A stretch of 32,000 nucleotides of DNA from Neiella litorisoli. GTDB taxonomy: Bacteria > Pseudomonadota > Gammaproteobacteria > Enterobacterales > Neiellaceae. Below are positions 31,147 through 32,000 of the stretch, in pieces; the stretch's first letter is position 1; the number at the start of each line of letters is the position of its first letter. Both the position numbers and the translations under genes were made by a program. The stretch lies in NCBI RefSeq assembly GCF_014773395.1, contig NZ_JACXAF010000009.1, positions 145,247-177,246 of the forward strand, read 5' to 3'. The notes below the pieces were generated by a model. The model was given only the letters and a program-made list of their open reading frames with translations, was not told the DNA's origin and searched no databases.

Positions 31147-31493
31147 CTCTGTCCTCCCATTTCTTCATAACATTTAGAAATGAGGTCCTGAAACGAGTAG
31201 CAATTGCTGCAGCAATAGACCCAAGTTCGGCCTTGAACAAATACAGCGATTTGGGTTAATCGCCGATTCATCCAATAGCCTTTTTCTACATCGCCGGTTA
31301 AGTACAGCCAGTCAGCGCTAAGTTGAACGCGCTCCCACTGCTCTAATCGAAGATTAGTTGAGCCTTCCACGACCGTGAACTCCAAATCTTCCGATTCAAA
31401 ATCCTCTGTAAATATTTCGCGGAACCAATCAACACAACGGCTCAATGTCGTCGCTATCGAAGTGGCTGTAGGTAGATGTAATGCAGTATTCAT
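31143..31493 (-). CDS. Hypothetical protein (116 aa)
   Basis: A tightly packed ORF in the same operon-like run. No family recognised. Confidence 0.6.
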   Translation of the reverse strand: MNTALHLPTATSIATTLSRCVDWFREIFTEDFESEDLEFTVVEGSTNLRLEQWERVQLSADWLYLTGDVEKGYWMNRRLTQIAVFVQGRTWVYCCSNCYSFQDLISKCYEEMGGQR

Positions 31494-31565
31494 GATGTCT
31501 CCTCCAAGAGAACAAAGGAGACTTCACAAAGGCCCAAGGGCACTTCATAAAGTCCCCATGGGGTT

Positions 31566-31835
31566 TTAGCAAACGAACCGAGCAGCGATCTCACCCTGCT
31601 GCAGTGTTTGCAATTCAATGAGCTCAGACACGAGCAATGGCGGCTCGGAACTCTGTTGCTTGACCAAATGCTCTGGCAAAGCGACTTCGTTCTCGGTCAC
31701 CACATTGGCATCCCTCGCAATGCTGTCAGCCTGCTCTTTCGAAAACAGACCCGCTTCTGCCAGATCGTCCGTATATCCATAACAACCCGGCTTCCACCAC
31801 ATTTGGCGGCTCAAACAATAAATCAACCAATTCAT
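31566..31835 (-). CDS. Hypothetical protein (89 aa)
   Basis: The ATG overlaps the stop of the upstream partial ORF as ATGA. The antisense ORF 31608..31874 is rejected. Confidence 0.55.
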   Translation of the reverse strand: MNWLIYCLSRQMWWKPGCYGYTDDLAEAGLFSKEQADSIARDANVVTENEVALPEHLVKQQSSEPPLLVSELIELQTLQQGEIAARFVC

Positions 31836-31999
31836 TGCAAGCGCCCTCCAAGTGTACTGATGGTCACCGCATGAGCTGACGCTCTCTCGATTGCTGCGCG
31901 ATGCATGTAACTATCAAACGGGTGTCGATCCGATACCTTCATCCAATAGTTCATATCTCGCTGAGAGCGCTCAATAACAACTTGTGTTTGAGAAAGACT
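31832..31999 (-). CDS. Hypothetical protein; 3' end of a CDS entering from the right window edge
   Basis: Hand translation of the minus strand from 31999: SLSQTQVVIERSQRDMNYWMKVSDRHPFDSYMHRAAIERASAHAVTISTLGGRLQ*. The frame is open to the window edge, and the stop overlaps the next ATG. Confidence 0.45.
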   Translation of the reverse strand, partial: SLSQTQVVIERSQRDMNYWMKVSDRHPFDSYMHRAAIERASAHAVTISTLGGRLQ

Positions 32000-32000
32000 T

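Overview
This is a 32-kb accessory-type region of a gammaproteobacterial replicon; the organism cannot be assigned from the sequence alone. I count about 50 protein-coding genes, mostly on the minus strand and tightly packed, and found no rRNA, tRNA or CRISPR array. All calls come from reading motifs by eye; no database or structure search was possible.

Landmarks:
1. 342-6805 (minus): an operon of two paralogous, very large secreted cysteine-rich repeat proteins plus a lipoprotein. The larger gene holds two arrays of near-identical in-frame 138-bp tandem repeats.
2. 7764-8687: a clear homologue of the replication terminator protein Tus. It is preceded by a perfect 15-bp inverted-repeat pair that brackets a 150-bp T-rich tract and overlaps the likely tus promoter. 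This pair is either a Ter/operator pair or the ends of a MITE. Partial copies of the 15-mer occur at 920 and 25444.
3. 9392-10030: an orphan PD-(D/E)xK nuclease next to about 630 bp of ORF-free DNA.
4. 11016-16310: a co-directional run of 13 small genes headed by mazEF, including strongly acidic mini-proteins. Two of these genes fall below the 60-aa cutoff of the ORF track.
5. 16457-17580: a T5orf172/GIY-YIG-like gene and a short tyrosine recombinase.
6. 17675-19869: an operon led by a lytic transglycosylase.
7. 21036-24847: an operon of a PKD/Calx-beta/DUF1566 lipoprotein, a DUF1566 protein and an unknown secreted protein.
8. 26164-26305: a dense array of TTCGAA-centred palindromic repeats.
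9. 26262-28703: a divergent pair of operons. One encodes an M50B-like membrane metallopeptidase and a 95-aa protein. The other encodes a lipoprotein, a tail-anchored mini-protein and a membrane-anchored RecB/Cas4-like nuclease.

Most products have no family I can recognise.
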